DNA from: Pseudidiomarina andamanensis
Lineage (GTDB): Bacteria > Pseudomonadota > Gammaproteobacteria > Enterobacterales > Alteromonadaceae
Direction of reading: 5' to 3'
Assembly (NCBI RefSeq): GCF_009734345.1
Contig: NZ_CP032551.1
Coordinates: 2,310,001-2,342,000 of the forward strand
Length of the DNA stretch: 32,000 bases
The notes under the pieces: generated by a model
What the model was told of the DNA's origin: nothing
The model's input: the letters and a program-made list of their open reading frames with translations, nothing else
The model's database searches: none
Shown here: piece by piece, positions 1-9,615 of the stretch
Position numbering within the stretch: the first letter of the stretch is position 1
Layout of the letters: each line of letters begins with the position of its first letter
Program-made: the position numbers and the translations under genes

Positions 1-362
1 TCGTGCTTTTGGCTACCTGTATTCGTGGTAATGCCGACCTGTTCTAGGTCTTCACAATAAAATTTACCGGCTTGGTCATCAGCAACTTTACAGCAGTAAA
101 ATGCTTTACCACCAAACTGGGCAAAACCAACTAACGAGTTGGCTGCAGAACCACCGCCAGATTGTTTCTTCAGTTCGCCGCGCTGAGCCAAGAGTTTAAT
201 TAGTCGTTCTTGGTCCTCATCTTCTATCAGCGTCATCATGCCTTTTTCAATTTGATGCTGCTGTAGAAATTCGTCAGTGATTTCAAATTCCTGATCAACG
301 AGCGCGTTGCCAATTCCAACGATATCAATAGGTTCCATGCCTTTCTCGTATAAGGTTTTCAT
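1..362 (-). CDS. PfkB-family sugar/nucleoside kinase (adenosine-kinase-like), N-terminal part; the gene runs off the left edge
   Basis: The reverse complement of 1-362 reads MKTLYEKGMEPIDIVGIGNALVDQEFEITDEFLQQHQIEKGMMTLIEDEDQERLIKLL...SGGGSAANSLVGFAQFGGKAFYCCKVADDQAGKFY. GIGNALVD and GGSAAN match the N-terminal PfkB signature. It is absent from the ORF track, presumably because the window edge truncates it. Confidence 0.7.
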   Translation of the reverse strand, partial: MKTLYEKGMEPIDIVGIGNALVDQEFEITDEFLQQHQIEKGMMTLIEDEDQERLIKLLAQRGELKKQSGGGSAANSLVGFAQFGGKAFYCCKVADDQAGKFYCEDLEQVGITTNTGSQKH

Positions 363-370
363 TAGGTTAT

Positions 371-412
371 AAAACAAAAAAATCCGGCCGCAAAGTATAC
401 CGCAGCCGGATT
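371..412 (-). terminator. Rho-independent terminator downstream of folE2
   Basis: On the minus strand there is a GC-rich hairpin ATCCGGCTGCGG-tatactt-TGCGGCCGGAT, followed by TTTTTTTGTTTT, about 20 nt after the folE2 stop. Confidence 0.6.
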
Positions 413-430
413 AGTAGGTCGATAAATTGG

Positions 431-1369
431 TTAAGCTTTGTAACCGCCAGGCACGCCTTTGGTGGTGATGCTCACAGCGTCATGAGCGTGCAATGATTCG
501 TAGTGATTTACGCGCACCCAGAAATCGGAGAATTGCGACTGCAAATTCAGTGCATGCTGTAAACGACGAGCGGCGTCTTCACAGAACATCAAGTTCTGAC
601 CGTTCAATCGTGCAAACTCTTGTTCGTCTTCACGTTTCACCGCGGCTTGAACTGGCGTCTTCAACGCATCTTCAATTGCATCAATAAGAGCAATAATCGG
701 TAGCTCTGACACATTGTCGCCCATGATTACTTTCACTTGAGCAATCGAACGCTGACTGTGTGGGGTCGCCACAATACCTTGTGTGGTGCCTAACCAGCGA
801 TGCACCAGTTCCGCATCCACTTCGCTGTCCGTACCAAATTGGTTTGCAAAGGCTTCTTGAATCAATTGACGTGCCAAAGCCGCTGAACACGGGCAGGTGC
901 TTGAATATGGCACTTCAACACCCAGTTCGAGGTTCAGTTTGCCACTGTCATAGCGACCAGTTACGGTGACAGGGTAGGCTTTCCAACCTTGCTTTTTGCT
1001 GATCAGTGACTTGCGACGCAAGTGATAATCAAAACTAAATTTCACGTAAGCTTGATCTGCAAGCCCATCGTGACTATCTATAAAGTCGTGCAATAATTTA
1101 CCGAGCGACTGATGGCTAAGTACGTCATTGTTTGATAAATCTTCCAACAGCAGGTAAAGGCGAGACATGTGTATGCCTTTCGCTTTCGGATCGGTAAGAT
1201 TGACAAATGCATCAACGTGAGCGCTTACTGGGCGCTCAGGTTCTTGTGCAGCACCGACCACCAGAGGCATCTCGATATTACTCATGCCGACCCAATCGAG
1301 TTTACCCTCGGTTTGTGCGCGAGTTTGATTGGCGATATCTGGCATCATTGTTGGTGTAGCTGTTGGCAT
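431..1369 (-). CDS. folE2: GTP cyclohydrolase I type 2 (GCYH-IB, FolE2)
   Basis: The length is about 300 aa. The sequences [24 protein letters not shown] and [14 protein letters not shown] are typical of the FolE2/DUF198 family. The true start may be one of the Met codons 7-8 residues in. Confidence 0.85.
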   Translation of the reverse strand: MPTATPTMMPDIANQTRAQTEGKLDWVGMSNIEMPLVVGAAQEPERPVSAHVDAFVNLTDPKAKGIHMSRLYLLLEDLSNNDVLSHQSLGKLLHDFIDSHDGLADQAYVKFSFDYHLRRKSLISKKQGWKAYPVTVTGRYDSGKLNLELGVEVPYSSTCPCSAALARQLIQEAFANQFGTDSEVDAELVHRWLGTTQGIVATPHSQRSIAQVKVIMGDNVSELPIIALIDAIEDALKTPVQAAVKREDEQEFARLNGQNLMFCEDAARRLQHALNLQSQFSDFWVRVNHYESLHAHDAVSITTKGVPGGYKA

Positions 1370-1509
1370 GCTTGTACGGCTCCAAACGTTAAAAATACTG
1401 ATCCCTGCAAAAGGGGGCGATAGTATACAAGAATTATGCTCAATACGGTAGTTTGCCAGATTGGGTTTATAACCGAAGGAAAAGTTTTCGATTAGGTGAA
1501 TCGAAAAAT

Positions 1510-1866
1510 ATGGATAAGGAAAGCACGATGTTGGATGAAAAGCTTTTAGAGCAGTATCACGAGCTGCTTGGGAATGAAGGCGTACACGAAATGTACAATA
1601 CCTTTAGTGACAACATTGCCGGTTACTTAGACCACCTGCAACATGTGGTGAAGAAACGTGATGAAGCTGAAACGCGGCGGCAAGCACATAAAGTGAAAGG
1701 AGCCTGTCGTTCAGTTGGCTTGCGTCAACTAGCGAGTCAAATGGAGCGTTTAGAGCGTGAAGAGTGGCATTGGGATGATGCAGATGACTTGCTGGAGCAG
1801 TGGGCCGTTGAATTGCCACTGCACCAGCATCAATTACGTCGTTGGTTACATGCGCGGGGCATTTAG
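1510..1866 (+). CDS. Stand-alone histidine phosphotransfer (Hpt) protein
   Basis: The phospho-accepting motif [14 protein letters not shown] sits in a small helical protein of about 115 aa. The start is taken at ATG 1510, 10 nt after AGGTGA at 1494-1499. ATG 1528, which follows AAGGA, is an alternative. The track start at 1453 is probably an over-extension. Confidence 0.7.
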   Translation: MDKESTMLDEKLLEQYHELLGNEGVHEMYNTFSDNIAGYLDHLQHVVKKRDEAETRRQAHKVKGACRSVGLRQLASQMERLEREEWHWDDADDLLEQWAVELPLHQHQLRRWLHARGI

Positions 1867-2601
1867 TGACGGTTGCTCAAGATGTTGAATTGAAACGTCA
1901 CCAATAAAGCGATAGCCCTCACCATGAATGGTCGTAATGAGGTTCGGCGAATCAGGCTGAGCCTCAAAGTGACGACGGATACGACGAATTGCAACGTCAA
2001 CCGTACGATCATTTGGGCGTAATTCACGATCCAGCATTTTCTTCACCAAGGTTTCGCGGTCGAGAATCTTACCAGGGTTCGTCAAAAATAATTCCATCGC
2101 GCGATATTCGCTTTTCGGTAAACGGAACATTTTACCGTCTGGCGAGAACAAACAGCGACTATCACTTTCCAAACGCCAACCATTAAATTCATAGACAACA
2201 CTGTCGTGCCCAACATTTTTCTGCTGGCTCTTTAATGCTTCAATACGGCGATATAAATTGCGAACGCGAATAATCAATTCTTTTGGATTATAAGGTTTGA
2301 TGAGGTAGTCATCAGCACCTAACTCCAGCGCAAGCAAACGGTCTTCTTCAGCATCACGGCCGGTTAAGAAAACTAAGCCGATGTTATCGTTCTCGCGAAG
2401 TTTTTCCGCCAGCTCGATGCCGCTTTTGCCCGGTAAGTTCACATCCATGATGACAAGGTCAATTTGCTGACGAGCCATGATGCGTTGCATTTGCATGCCA
2501 TCTGCCGCGTCGAACACATCATAGCCTTCTTGCTGAAACAGCCGAGTCAGTGTATTTCGAGTGACAACTTCATCTTCAACGATTAGTAATCTGGCGCTCA
2601 T
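1846..2601 (-). CDS. arcA: OmpR-family response regulator, ArcA-like
   Basis: From MSARLLIVEDEVVTRNTLTRLFQQEGYDVFDAADG...VIMDVNLPGKSG...FLTGRD...GADDYLIKPYNPKELIIRVRNL...YEFNGWRL...RLPKSEYRAM...DRTVDVAIRRIRRHFE...TIHGEGYRF, the protein tracks E. coli ArcA from memory almost block by block. The start is at 2601 (MSARLL, GGAACC upstream). The 31-codon N-terminal extension in the track is rejected. Confidence 0.75.
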   Translation of the reverse strand: MSARLLIVEDEVVTRNTLTRLFQQEGYDVFDAADGMQMQRIMARQQIDLVIMDVNLPGKSGIELAEKLRENDNIGLVFLTGRDAEEDRLLALELGADDYLIKPYNPKELIIRVRNLYRRIEALKSQQKNVGHDSVVYEFNGWRLESDSRCLFSPDGKMFRLPKSEYRAMELFLTNPGKILDRETLVKKMLDRELRPNDRTVDVAIRRIRRHFEAQPDSPNLITTIHGEGYRFIGDVSIQHLEQPSLNAPRM

Positions 2602-2710
2602 AGAAGGTTCCAAGAATCTGTTAACATGTGTTGAAATTTGGTAATGAAATATAGTGTAGCATGCGATTTTATATATAGCTGTATATTCATGCAACTATTC
2701 TTACAAAAGT

Positions 2711-4357
2711 TTACTTGCTCTGTGTTACACGCCGAACTGGCAGCTTGATATGGAACTGCGTGCCTTGTGGGGTCGGGCTTACAAGGTTAATCTGCCCCTG
2801 CAACGCATGAACTACTAGATTGTAGACCAAATGCAAACCAAGCCCTGCAGCGCCATGACTTCGCTTCGTTGTGACAAACGGGTCGAACACCACTTTGACT
2901 AAATCATCTGGAATGCCATCACCATTGTCTGAATAGGTCAACTCAAGTTCACCTTGGTCTATGTCATTCGAGCTACCGCTGAACTTAAAGTCAAAGTGAA
3001 TTGCAGGCTTGTCGGTGTTCGCAAACGCATGCTGCAACGCATTCTGTACCAACTGCATGATGACTTGATGGAGTGGGCCAGGACGAATGCTCACCGTTAG
3101 CTCATCCGGAATTTCAGCGCTCAGCGCGACCTTGGCTAATTCAGGGTGACGACTGCTGATATTTTGCACAGCTTCATCCCAGAACTTACTCAGGGTGACA
3201 GGACGATCTTCGTCGCTAAATTGATCCATCGATAGCTTGCTAAAGTTACTGATGAGATCAGCCGTTCGCTTAATATTGCGACTAATGAGCGCAAGGTTTT
3301 CATCAAATGATGTCATGTAGCGCTGGAATTCTTGGCTGGTTAATTTTTTCTCGGCAAACTTCTGCTTTAGTAACAGTAGGTTATCTTGCAATATAGAGGT
3401 TGATGTAACAGCCAAGCCTACTGGCGTGTTGACTTCATGTGCAACGCCAGAAACCAATTTTGCCAAACTCTGCATCTTCTCTGCTTGCACTAGCTCATTC
3501 TGGTATTGATGCGCAGAAGCCAGAGCCTGTTGTAATTCCTGATTTGATTCAAACAGCATCTGCGTACGCTGCTTCACCTGCAGTTCCAGCTCAGCATTAA
3601 GTTCACTAGCCTGACGCTCAGCTTGCTCTTGGCGTTTGATGTGCTGTTGTATACGACTTAACAACGAGTTAAACGCGTCAGCGACCCGATCGAGCTCCTG
3701 CAAATCAAACTCGTGCAATGCCGTGTCGTACTGCTTATCACGAGCGATATCTTGAATACTTTCAACCATTTCATCGAGTGGTTGAGTGATGATGCGACGC
3801 AACCACAAGGACATCAGCCAACTTAGAATTAAGCTCGCCGTTGTGATCGCGGCACTAATGGCAAGCGAGAAAACTTGCGCTTGATCGTACGCCGCTCGCG
3901 ACGTTCGAATATAAACATAACCTTGAAGCGAATCCTCAACCATTAACGGTCGCGCAGTTTCCACATAGTTATCGGTAAAGCGAGCTTGGCTGAGCTCCTT
4001 CGCCCGTTCAAACCGAACCGGAATCGGCGCTTCTTGTTCAGCATAGTAACTGGCAAAGAAACTGAGCGATTCACTGTTTGGGTCATGTCGATAGAGGTGA
4101 ATATGTTTTATGAGCGGCGACGATTTAAATGACTTTAACCAACGCTCGGCAGAATCTGCTTGGTTATAAACCATAAATGCATTCGCATTGTCGGCTACAA
4201 AGCTGGCAACATCATCGGTTTGTCGCAAAAGTCGCTGGTGCGTATCGAGTATAAAATTAAAGCTAAGCACCACACACGCCAACGCCACCGAGATAGTCGT
4301 GATTAGTATCACTAAGCTGGTAACGCTGCGTTTAATGGAGCTAACTTTAAAACTCAT
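2711..4357 (-). CDS. Membrane sensor histidine kinase (2 TM, periplasmic domain, HAMP, HisKA, HATPase); no receiver or Hpt domain
   Basis: TM helices lie at about residues 13-35 and about 160-185, followed by a HAMP-like segment and a coiled coil. The H-box is SGVAHEVNTPVG and the G-boxes are DNGDGIP and GAAGLGLHLV. Confidence 0.85.
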   Translation of the reverse strand: MSFKVSSIKRSVTSLVILITTISVALACVVLSFNFILDTHQRLLRQTDDVASFVADNANAFMVYNQADSAERWLKSFKSSPLIKHIHLYRHDPNSESLSFFASYYAEQEAPIPVRFERAKELSQARFTDNYVETARPLMVEDSLQGYVYIRTSRAAYDQAQVFSLAISAAITTASLILSWLMSLWLRRIITQPLDEMVESIQDIARDKQYDTALHEFDLQELDRVADAFNSLLSRIQQHIKRQEQAERQASELNAELELQVKQRTQMLFESNQELQQALASAHQYQNELVQAEKMQSLAKLVSGVAHEVNTPVGLAVTSTSILQDNLLLLKQKFAEKKLTSQEFQRYMTSFDENLALISRNIKRTADLISNFSKLSMDQFSDEDRPVTLSKFWDEAVQNISSRHPELAKVALSAEIPDELTVSIRPGPLHQVIMQLVQNALQHAFANTDKPAIHFDFKFSGSSNDIDQGELELTYSDNGDGIPDDLVKVVFDPFVTTKRSHGAAGLGLHLVYNLVVHALQGQINLVSPTPQGTQFHIKLPVRRVTQSK

Positions 4358-4372
4358 GACAGTTGTACCTAG

Positions 4373-5416
4373 TTAACGTCGTTTGACGCGAGTTTTTTGC
4401 GCATGATAAACAGCGAATTTGTTGTCTTCAGCAACGCGTTCACAGTGGCCAAAAGCTTGCTCAATCAATTCTGGCCAGGGTAGAAAACGATTTGCGACTA
4501 ACCAAAGCTCACCCTGGGTAGTGAGGTGCTGAAAAACGCTGCGTAAAAACTGCTTTCCAATTTCATAATCGGTTGCTAACCCCGTATGAAAAGGCGGGTG
4601 GCTGACGACGTAATCGAATTGACCAAGAGAATTGGTTAAACCATCCTGAGCAACGCACACACCGGTTAAGTGATTCAATGCGAGAGTCCGCTCAGTTGCC
4701 GCTAAGGCGAGTGCGCTCACGTCTAAATAAGTAACCTCGAGTGCTGGCGCCTGACGGTTCAACCATGCACCCAACACCCCATGCCCGCATGCGAAGTCGA
4801 GTATTTTGCCGCGCTGCCAAGTTGGAAGATGTTTAAGTAACATCGCGCTACCGGCATCAATACCAGGAAACGAAAATACGCCTGGCAAGCTGGCTAGCTT
4901 TAACGGCGCCGCTTGATTTGGTTGGTCTAATTCGACGTACTCGAAATAGTCCTCAACCGCAAACGTAAGCTTTGGTTCATTGACACAAGTGCGTAATAAA
5001 AGCGAGTGGTTACCAACCGCCATTTTTTGCGCAGGAGCCAACGAACCAGGAAATTGCTTGTGAATACTCTTAATGCCACCGCGGTTATCACCAACCAACC
5101 AGATTGTTGCGCCTTCAGGTAATACATGGCGAAGCGCTTCCAACACATACAAAGTGAGCTGCTTTTCTTTTGGTAACCAAACGAGAGCCGCTTTGGCATC
5201 ACCGGCTTGCGGCGCACTTGCACCAAAATGGTGCAATATATCAGGCGCTTGTCGCTGCCACTGTTTGGCATAGCCGGCATGCCATTGCCAACAACTGACC
5301 ACAGGCAACAATTGCGCTAATTCCGCGTCAGGCGCATTCACTACCAACAGTGGCTCATCATCAAACCGTGATTGCTGGCGAAGTACGAGTTGTGAAGGAG
5401 GGCTCATATGCTTCAA
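4373..5416 (-). CDS. rsmC: 16S rRNA (guanine1207-N2)-methyltransferase
   Basis: The 347-aa protein carries LPGVFS, ILDFACGHGVLG, VVSHPPFH, GELWLVANRFLPWPELIEQAFG and KFAVYHA. It is collinear with E. coli RsmC. Its start lies only 15 nt downstream of the kinase gene stop. Confidence 0.85.
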   Translation of the reverse strand: MKHMSPPSQLVLRQQSRFDDEPLLVVNAPDAELAQLLPVVSCWQWHAGYAKQWQRQAPDILHHFGASAPQAGDAKAALVWLPKEKQLTLYVLEALRHVLPEGATIWLVGDNRGGIKSIHKQFPGSLAPAQKMAVGNHSLLLRTCVNEPKLTFAVEDYFEYVELDQPNQAAPLKLASLPGVFSFPGIDAGSAMLLKHLPTWQRGKILDFACGHGVLGAWLNRQAPALEVTYLDVSALALAATERTLALNHLTGVCVAQDGLTNSLGQFDYVVSHPPFHTGLATDYEIGKQFLRSVFQHLTTQGELWLVANRFLPWPELIEQAFGHCERVAEDNKFAVYHAQKTRVKRR

Positions 5417-5449
5417 TGTATGCTTCTCTTCGTTTCTTATCTATTATCG

Positions 5450-6472
5450 TTATATCGGTTTTTGGTCGTAAGCTTCCACGAATACGTCGACATTTTCGCT
5501 GGCATGCTCAATTCGCTCGCCATCAAACTGTGCCACATTAAATAAAGCTTCGCCTTCGTTGGCAACTGGAATATTGCTAATACCTATGACAATACCATGA
5601 TAAGGGCTCTTAATTGCATGCAACTCATCGCCATGCGGGTTCACGGTTTGCGCAATCACTTGGCCCTTATTGATGGTCTGCCCAAGCTCTACCTTTGGTA
5701 CCACTAAACCATCGTACTCATTTCGAATCCATCCGCTACGGTGCGCAACGACGGGTTTGACCTTCTTGCGGCTGCGACGACCTTTCAGCATTTTCAAACT
5801 TTTCATCACGTTCTGTACGCCAATGACGCCGGCTTTAATCGCTGCATAATCAAACCGTAAAGCTTCGCCCGCCTCGTACAGAATCAACGGAATGCCAAGT
5901 TCTGATGCTAACGATCGCAATGAACCGTCACGTTCCTTGCTGTGAAGAATCACGGGTGTACCAAATGCCTCAGCCATCTTCAGCGCGTCACCGTTATCGG
6001 TATCGACACGAATTTGTGGCAAGTTGCTGCGATGAATCGCTCCGGTGTGCAAATCGATAATATGCGTCGCATTTTGCACCAACGTTTCATTAAACAAATG
6101 TGCAAGGCGACTGCCCAAAGCACCTCGTTCCGAGCCCGGGAAACAACGATTCAAATCACGACGGTCAGGTAAATAGCGCGACTGCTGAATAAACCCAAAT
6201 ACATTCACCACCGGTACAATGATCACCGTACCCGCCAATTGCAGCGGGTCAAGCTCACCCATCAAGCGGCGACATACCTCAATACCATTGAGCTCATCAC
6301 CGTGAATAGCCGCACACACTAACAACGTCGGGCCCGGTTTTACGCCATGAAATACTTCAGCATGCAAATCCATTGGGGTATCGTTGTACAGCCGGGCCGC
6401 CGGTATTTTCACGCTGTGGCGCGACCCTGGCGCAATGCGCTGATTAGCTAACTGAAAAGATTTATGCTTCAT
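5450..6472 (-). CDS. Succinylglutamate desuccinylase/aspartoacylase-family (M14-like) zinc deacylase or carboxypeptidase
   Basis: AAIHGDELNG (the HxxE zinc site), RDLNRCFPG and IDLHTG are signatures of the AstE/AspA M14-like family. The gene sits downstream of rimK on the same strand. Confidence 0.75.
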   Translation of the reverse strand: MKHKSFQLANQRIAPGSRHSVKIPAARLYNDTPMDLHAEVFHGVKPGPTLLVCAAIHGDELNGIEVCRRLMGELDPLQLAGTVIIVPVVNVFGFIQQSRYLPDRRDLNRCFPGSERGALGSRLAHLFNETLVQNATHIIDLHTGAIHRSNLPQIRVDTDNGDALKMAEAFGTPVILHSKERDGSLRSLASELGIPLILYEAGEALRFDYAAIKAGVIGVQNVMKSLKMLKGRRSRKKVKPVVAHRSGWIRNEYDGLVVPKVELGQTINKGQVIAQTVNPHGDELHAIKSPYHGIVIGISNIPVANEGEALFNVAQFDGERIEHASENVDVFVEAYDQKPI

Positions 6473-6480
6473 ATAAAAAC

Positions 6481-6650
6481 CGTTAGTCGTTGTTCGTTAT
6501 TCGTTAGTCGTTATTGGTTATTCGTTATTGGTTATTCGAAAAAGCGAAATGAAAAACCCAAAACATCACAACGAAAAGTGAGCTAATACGTCTGCGAATT
6601 CTCCGGCTAACAAAACTCACGAATAACCAATAACGAATAACGAATAACGT
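6481..6650. repeat. Heptamer-armed hairpin element, copy a
   Basis: The left arm is 6482-6537 with 8 units (GTTAGTC GTTGTTC GTTATTC GTTAGTC GTTATTG GTTATTC GTTATTG GTTATTC). The core is 6538-6619. The right arm is 6621-6648 with 4 units (GAATAAC CAATAAC GAATAAC GAATAAC). The element fills nearly all of the rimK-to-M14 spacer. Confidence 0.9.
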
Positions 6651-6664
6651 TTTTGCTTTTGTTG

Positions 6665-7570
6665 TTAGCCTTTGCCCTTGGTTCGGGTTTTGTTCGCTTT
6701 GGCGTTTTTCTCAATGAAACTGATGATTTGATCAGCCACATCTTTGCCCGTTGCACCTTCAATGCCCTCAAGGCCTGGCGACGAGTTCACTTCCATAACG
6801 AGTGGGCCGTGGTTAGAACGCAAAATATCGACACCAGCAACGTTTAAGCCCATGGTCTTTGCAGCTTTCACTGCAGTTGCGCGCTCTGCTGGGGTCAGTT
6901 TGACCAAGCTGGCAGAGCCACCACGGTGCAGGTTAGAACGGAATTCGCCCGGCTTAGCTTGGCGCTTCATGGCGGCAATAACTTTGTCGCCAATCACAAA
7001 GCAGCGGATATCAGCGCCACCTGCTTCTTTAATGTATTCTTGCACCATAATGTGAGATTCGAGTCCCATGAACGCTTCGATTACGCTTTCTGCCGCTTGA
7101 CGTGTTTCGGCTAAAACCACCCCGATACCTTGTGTGCCTTCAAGTAACTTAATTACCAGCGGTGCACCGCCGACCATTTCAATCAAGTCAGGAATGTCTT
7201 GTGGTTGACTAGCAAAACCGGTGGTAGGCAGACCAATCCCTTTTCGGCTAAGCAACTGCAATGAGCGCAGTTTGTCGCGGCTACGTGAAATTGCTACCGA
7301 TTCATTGAGTGGATAGGTGCCAATCATCTCAAACTGACGTAATACTGCGGTACCGAAGAACGTAATTGACGCACCAATACGCGGAATAATCGCATCGTAC
7401 TGCGGTAAGTCTTTTCCTTTCATGTGAATTGAGCTTTCGCGAGCGTTAATATTCATATAGCAGCGTAGCGGGTCGAGAACATCAACAATGTGACCTCGAG
7501 CTTCGCCGGCTTCAACTAAGCGGCGCGTTGAATAAAGACGCGGATTACGCGATAAAATGGCAATTCTCAT
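6665..7570 (-). CDS. rimK: Ribosomal protein S6--L-glutamate ligase (ATP-grasp)
   Basis: The 301-aa protein has [61 protein letters not shown] and [14 protein letters not shown]. This is a canonical RimK. Confidence 0.9.
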   Translation of the reverse strand: MRIAILSRNPRLYSTRRLVEAGEARGHIVDVLDPLRCYMNINARESSIHMKGKDLPQYDAIIPRIGASITFFGTAVLRQFEMIGTYPLNESVAISRSRDKLRSLQLLSRKGIGLPTTGFASQPQDIPDLIEMVGGAPLVIKLLEGTQGIGVVLAETRQAAESVIEAFMGLESHIMVQEYIKEAGGADIRCFVIGDKVIAAMKRQAKPGEFRSNLHRGGSASLVKLTPAERATAVKAAKTMGLNVAGVDILRSNHGPLVMEVNSSPGLEGIEGATGKDVADQIISFIEKNAKANKTRTKGKG

Positions 7571-7998
7571 GCGGTCGCTCCAAGCTGGCCGAGTAAATAA
7601 GATTTGTCAGGGTCGACAAGGAAATGTCCACGCATTGCTTGGCGGCCCAATAACATACGAAACTTCATGGTGTCGCGGTTCGTTAACGTCAACTCGATTG
7701 GTTGCGAGAACTCACCTAAATTTAATGTGGATAGAATAACATATCGCAGCTCGGTATGACCTCCAGAATCTGTTACTTCGCGTTGATCATGTATTTTCGC
7801 CTCACAGACATGCTCGCGATCACTATGTTGTTCCGGATGCAGCCAAATTCGTAACCAATTCTCACCATCTTGTTCAAATGGCTCGAGCTTGAATGCGTGC
7901 AAACACGATGTACGTGCGCCAGTATCAACTTTCATTTTCAGGGCATCGATGCCAAGTTCAGGAAGTGAACCCCATTCGCGCCAACCAAGTGTTTGCAT
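7567..7998 (-). CDS. Retropepsin-like aspartic peptidase / 'ATP-dependent zinc protease' family (DUF785, RimB-like)
   Basis: The 143-aa protein has [13 protein letters not shown] (a DTGA motif). Its stop overlaps the rimK start by 4 nt, which suggests translational coupling. Confidence 0.7.
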   Translation of the reverse strand: MQTLGWREWGSLPELGIDALKMKVDTGARTSCLHAFKLEPFEQDGENWLRIWLHPEQHSDREHVCEAKIHDQREVTDSGGHTELRYVILSTLNLGEFSQPIELTLTNRDTMKFRMLLGRQAMRGHFLVDPDKSYLLGQLGATA

Positions 7999-8022
7999 AA
8001 AAACTCCCTTAAAGACTAAAAA

Positions 8023-8173
8023 CGTTGTTCGTTGTTCGTTATTCGTTATTCGTTATTCGTTGTTCGTGAGTTTGGTTCGCTGGAGAATTCGAGAACGAAT
8101 TTGCTTACTTTTCTGTGCGATGTTTTTGGTTTTTCGTTTTTTTCGAATAACGAATAACCAATAACGAATCACG
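8023..8173. repeat. Heptamer-armed hairpin element, copy b
   Basis: The left arm is 8024-8065 with 6 units (GTTGTTC x2, GTTATTC x3, GTTGTTC). The core at 8066-8143 is homologous to the reverse complement of the copy-a core. The right arm is 8145-8172 (GAATAAC GAATAAC CAATAAC GAATCAC). The last unit contains the stop codon of the gene at 8169-8855. Confidence 0.9.
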
Positions 8174-8855
8174 CTCTTGTGTTTTTTAACTGCTGTAGCC
8201 AGGTGATGAATTCTTCGGGGGCGCGATCAAGCGCAGCCGCCGGTACAAATAAATCATAACCTAATAATTCACGAAAGTGTTCACATCTTACCGCGAACAT
8301 CGCTTGTACGCCGCGATATTCCTTCCCTGAGGCGCTTAGATAGCGGTCGGGAACTTCGAAATAAGGCGAATATTCGCGCAAATCTGGGCGTTCGTGACGC
8401 AGTGCTGCTACTAGTAAGTGGCGTTGCTCACTCAATATATAGACCGCTAGGCGTGGTGTGATGCTTTGAATAATTGGCTCAATATCATGCAGACGAAAGC
8501 CAATGTAGGGCATGGGTTCCAATTCGAGACCGCGGTGAAGGCGTGGAATATCGAAGCGTAAGATATTGTCCCAATGAATGCGCCAAGTGCCGCGTCGGTG
8601 TACATAGACAATTTCTTGTGGGGTGATGGTCATGCTGACCGGTGGTTCAAAGATTTTTGCGCTACCCAGAAAAATAAGAGCAGCACTGGCAATAAATAGC
8701 AGACCGTAAGCAGCGGGAATAATCGGCGTATCAGTTAGCAACAGAAACATGGTGACGGCAAATATTACCAAACCGAGCGCGTTAAACCCTAGGCCATGGG
8801 CTCGTGCTAGCGGCTTGATATAAACAATACGCTCGTCGGTTGAGTTGTCATTCAT
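8169..8855 (-). CDS. Hypothetical two-TM membrane protein
   Basis: The start is taken at [16 protein letters not shown]. Two hydrophobic helices ([13 protein letters not shown] and [17 protein letters not shown]) precede a soluble C-terminal domain. The ATG overlaps the mutH stop (ATGAATGA). I recognise no catalytic motif. Confidence 0.6.
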   Translation of the reverse strand: MNDNSTDERIVYIKPLARAHGLGFNALGLVIFAVTMFLLLTDTPIIPAAYGLLFIASAALIFLGSAKIFEPPVSMTITPQEIVYVHRRGTWRIHWDNILRFDIPRLHRGLELEPMPYIGFRLHDIEPIIQSITPRLAVYILSEQRHLLVAALRHERPDLREYSPYFEVPDRYLSASGKEYRGVQAMFAVRCEHFRELLGYDLFVPAAALDRAPEEFITWLQQLKNTRA

Positions 8856-9558
8856 ACACGGTGGCCGGATCGGGCAGACCAAATGTCTCGCGAATGATCT
8901 GACTGGTGAATTGAGTCTTTAAATAAAAGCCCCGTGGTAACGTTTGAATGATTTCACCGTTGGCGCCAATGGCTTCGGTCAGTACACGGCTATTTGCGGC
9001 TTTAGGCCGTAATTGCAGCACTTCGCCCTGATGAGCGGTAATCGATTCCACTTCACCCAATGCAATTTTGTCCATATGCTCTTGCCAGTCTGCGCGTAAC
9101 TGGGCTTCTTGTTGCGCACTAGGCTGCCATAAAAATGCGGTGCCGATGCAGCGCTCGGCCAGCGGCACTTCGCGACGTCCGTCAATGGGTATCCACAGTA
9201 CACACTGAAGTTTATTGCGCACGTTGCTGGTTTCCCATGTCAGCTGGTGTACATCCACCAGTGGTGTGGTACAGACAAACGTGGTTTCGAGTGGTTTACC
9301 GTTGGCATCCAAAGGAATGGTCTTCAATTCCACGCCTAACTCGGGAAAGTCTTGTAATGCCTGAGAACCCGCGCTTGCGCCTAGGGCGCTCTCAAGTAAC
9401 TGACCAACCCAACCTTTGTTGCGACGCAAATCGTTGGGTACGCTCATACCAACTTGAGTCGCCAACTCAGCAAAGCTTAAGCCTGCCAGTGCGCTGGCTT
9501 TATCAAAGAGCTGTTTGAGTTGCACAATTACCTCGTCTAAACGGATTAATCCTTTCAT
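8848..9558 (-). CDS. mutH: DNA mismatch repair endonuclease MutH
   Basis: [71 protein letters not shown] and [12 protein letters not shown] are collinear with E. coli MutH. Confidence 0.92.
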   Translation of the reverse strand: MKGLIRLDEVIVQLKQLFDKASALAGLSFAELATQVGMSVPNDLRRNKGWVGQLLESALGASAGSQALQDFPELGVELKTIPLDANGKPLETTFVCTTPLVDVHQLTWETSNVRNKLQCVLWIPIDGRREVPLAERCIGTAFLWQPSAQQEAQLRADWQEHMDKIALGEVESITAHQGEVLQLRPKAANSRVLTEAIGANGEIIQTLPRGFYLKTQFTSQIIRETFGLPDPATVYE

Positions 9559-9615
9559 TCATGAGCCGATTATGGAAAAATCCAAGCCATATGTCGAATT
9601 TATGAGGGCGCTCGC

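Noticed and set aside
1370-1509. Zur box upstream of folE2 (FolE2 is often zinc-regulated)
   Set aside because: I looked for an AT-rich palindrome of the Zur type in the folE2/Hpt divergent region. I saw only a 6-bp GTATAC palindrome, which is not enough to call a site by eye.
1846-2694. N-terminal extensions in four track ORFs: arcA-like to 2694, GT2 to 29755, etfB from 20846, secreted protein from 22755
   Set aside because: In each case a downstream Met begins the conserved domain or signal peptide and has a better SD. The extensions run into promoters, repeats or the neighbouring gene; the GT2 extension, for example, would overlap ung.
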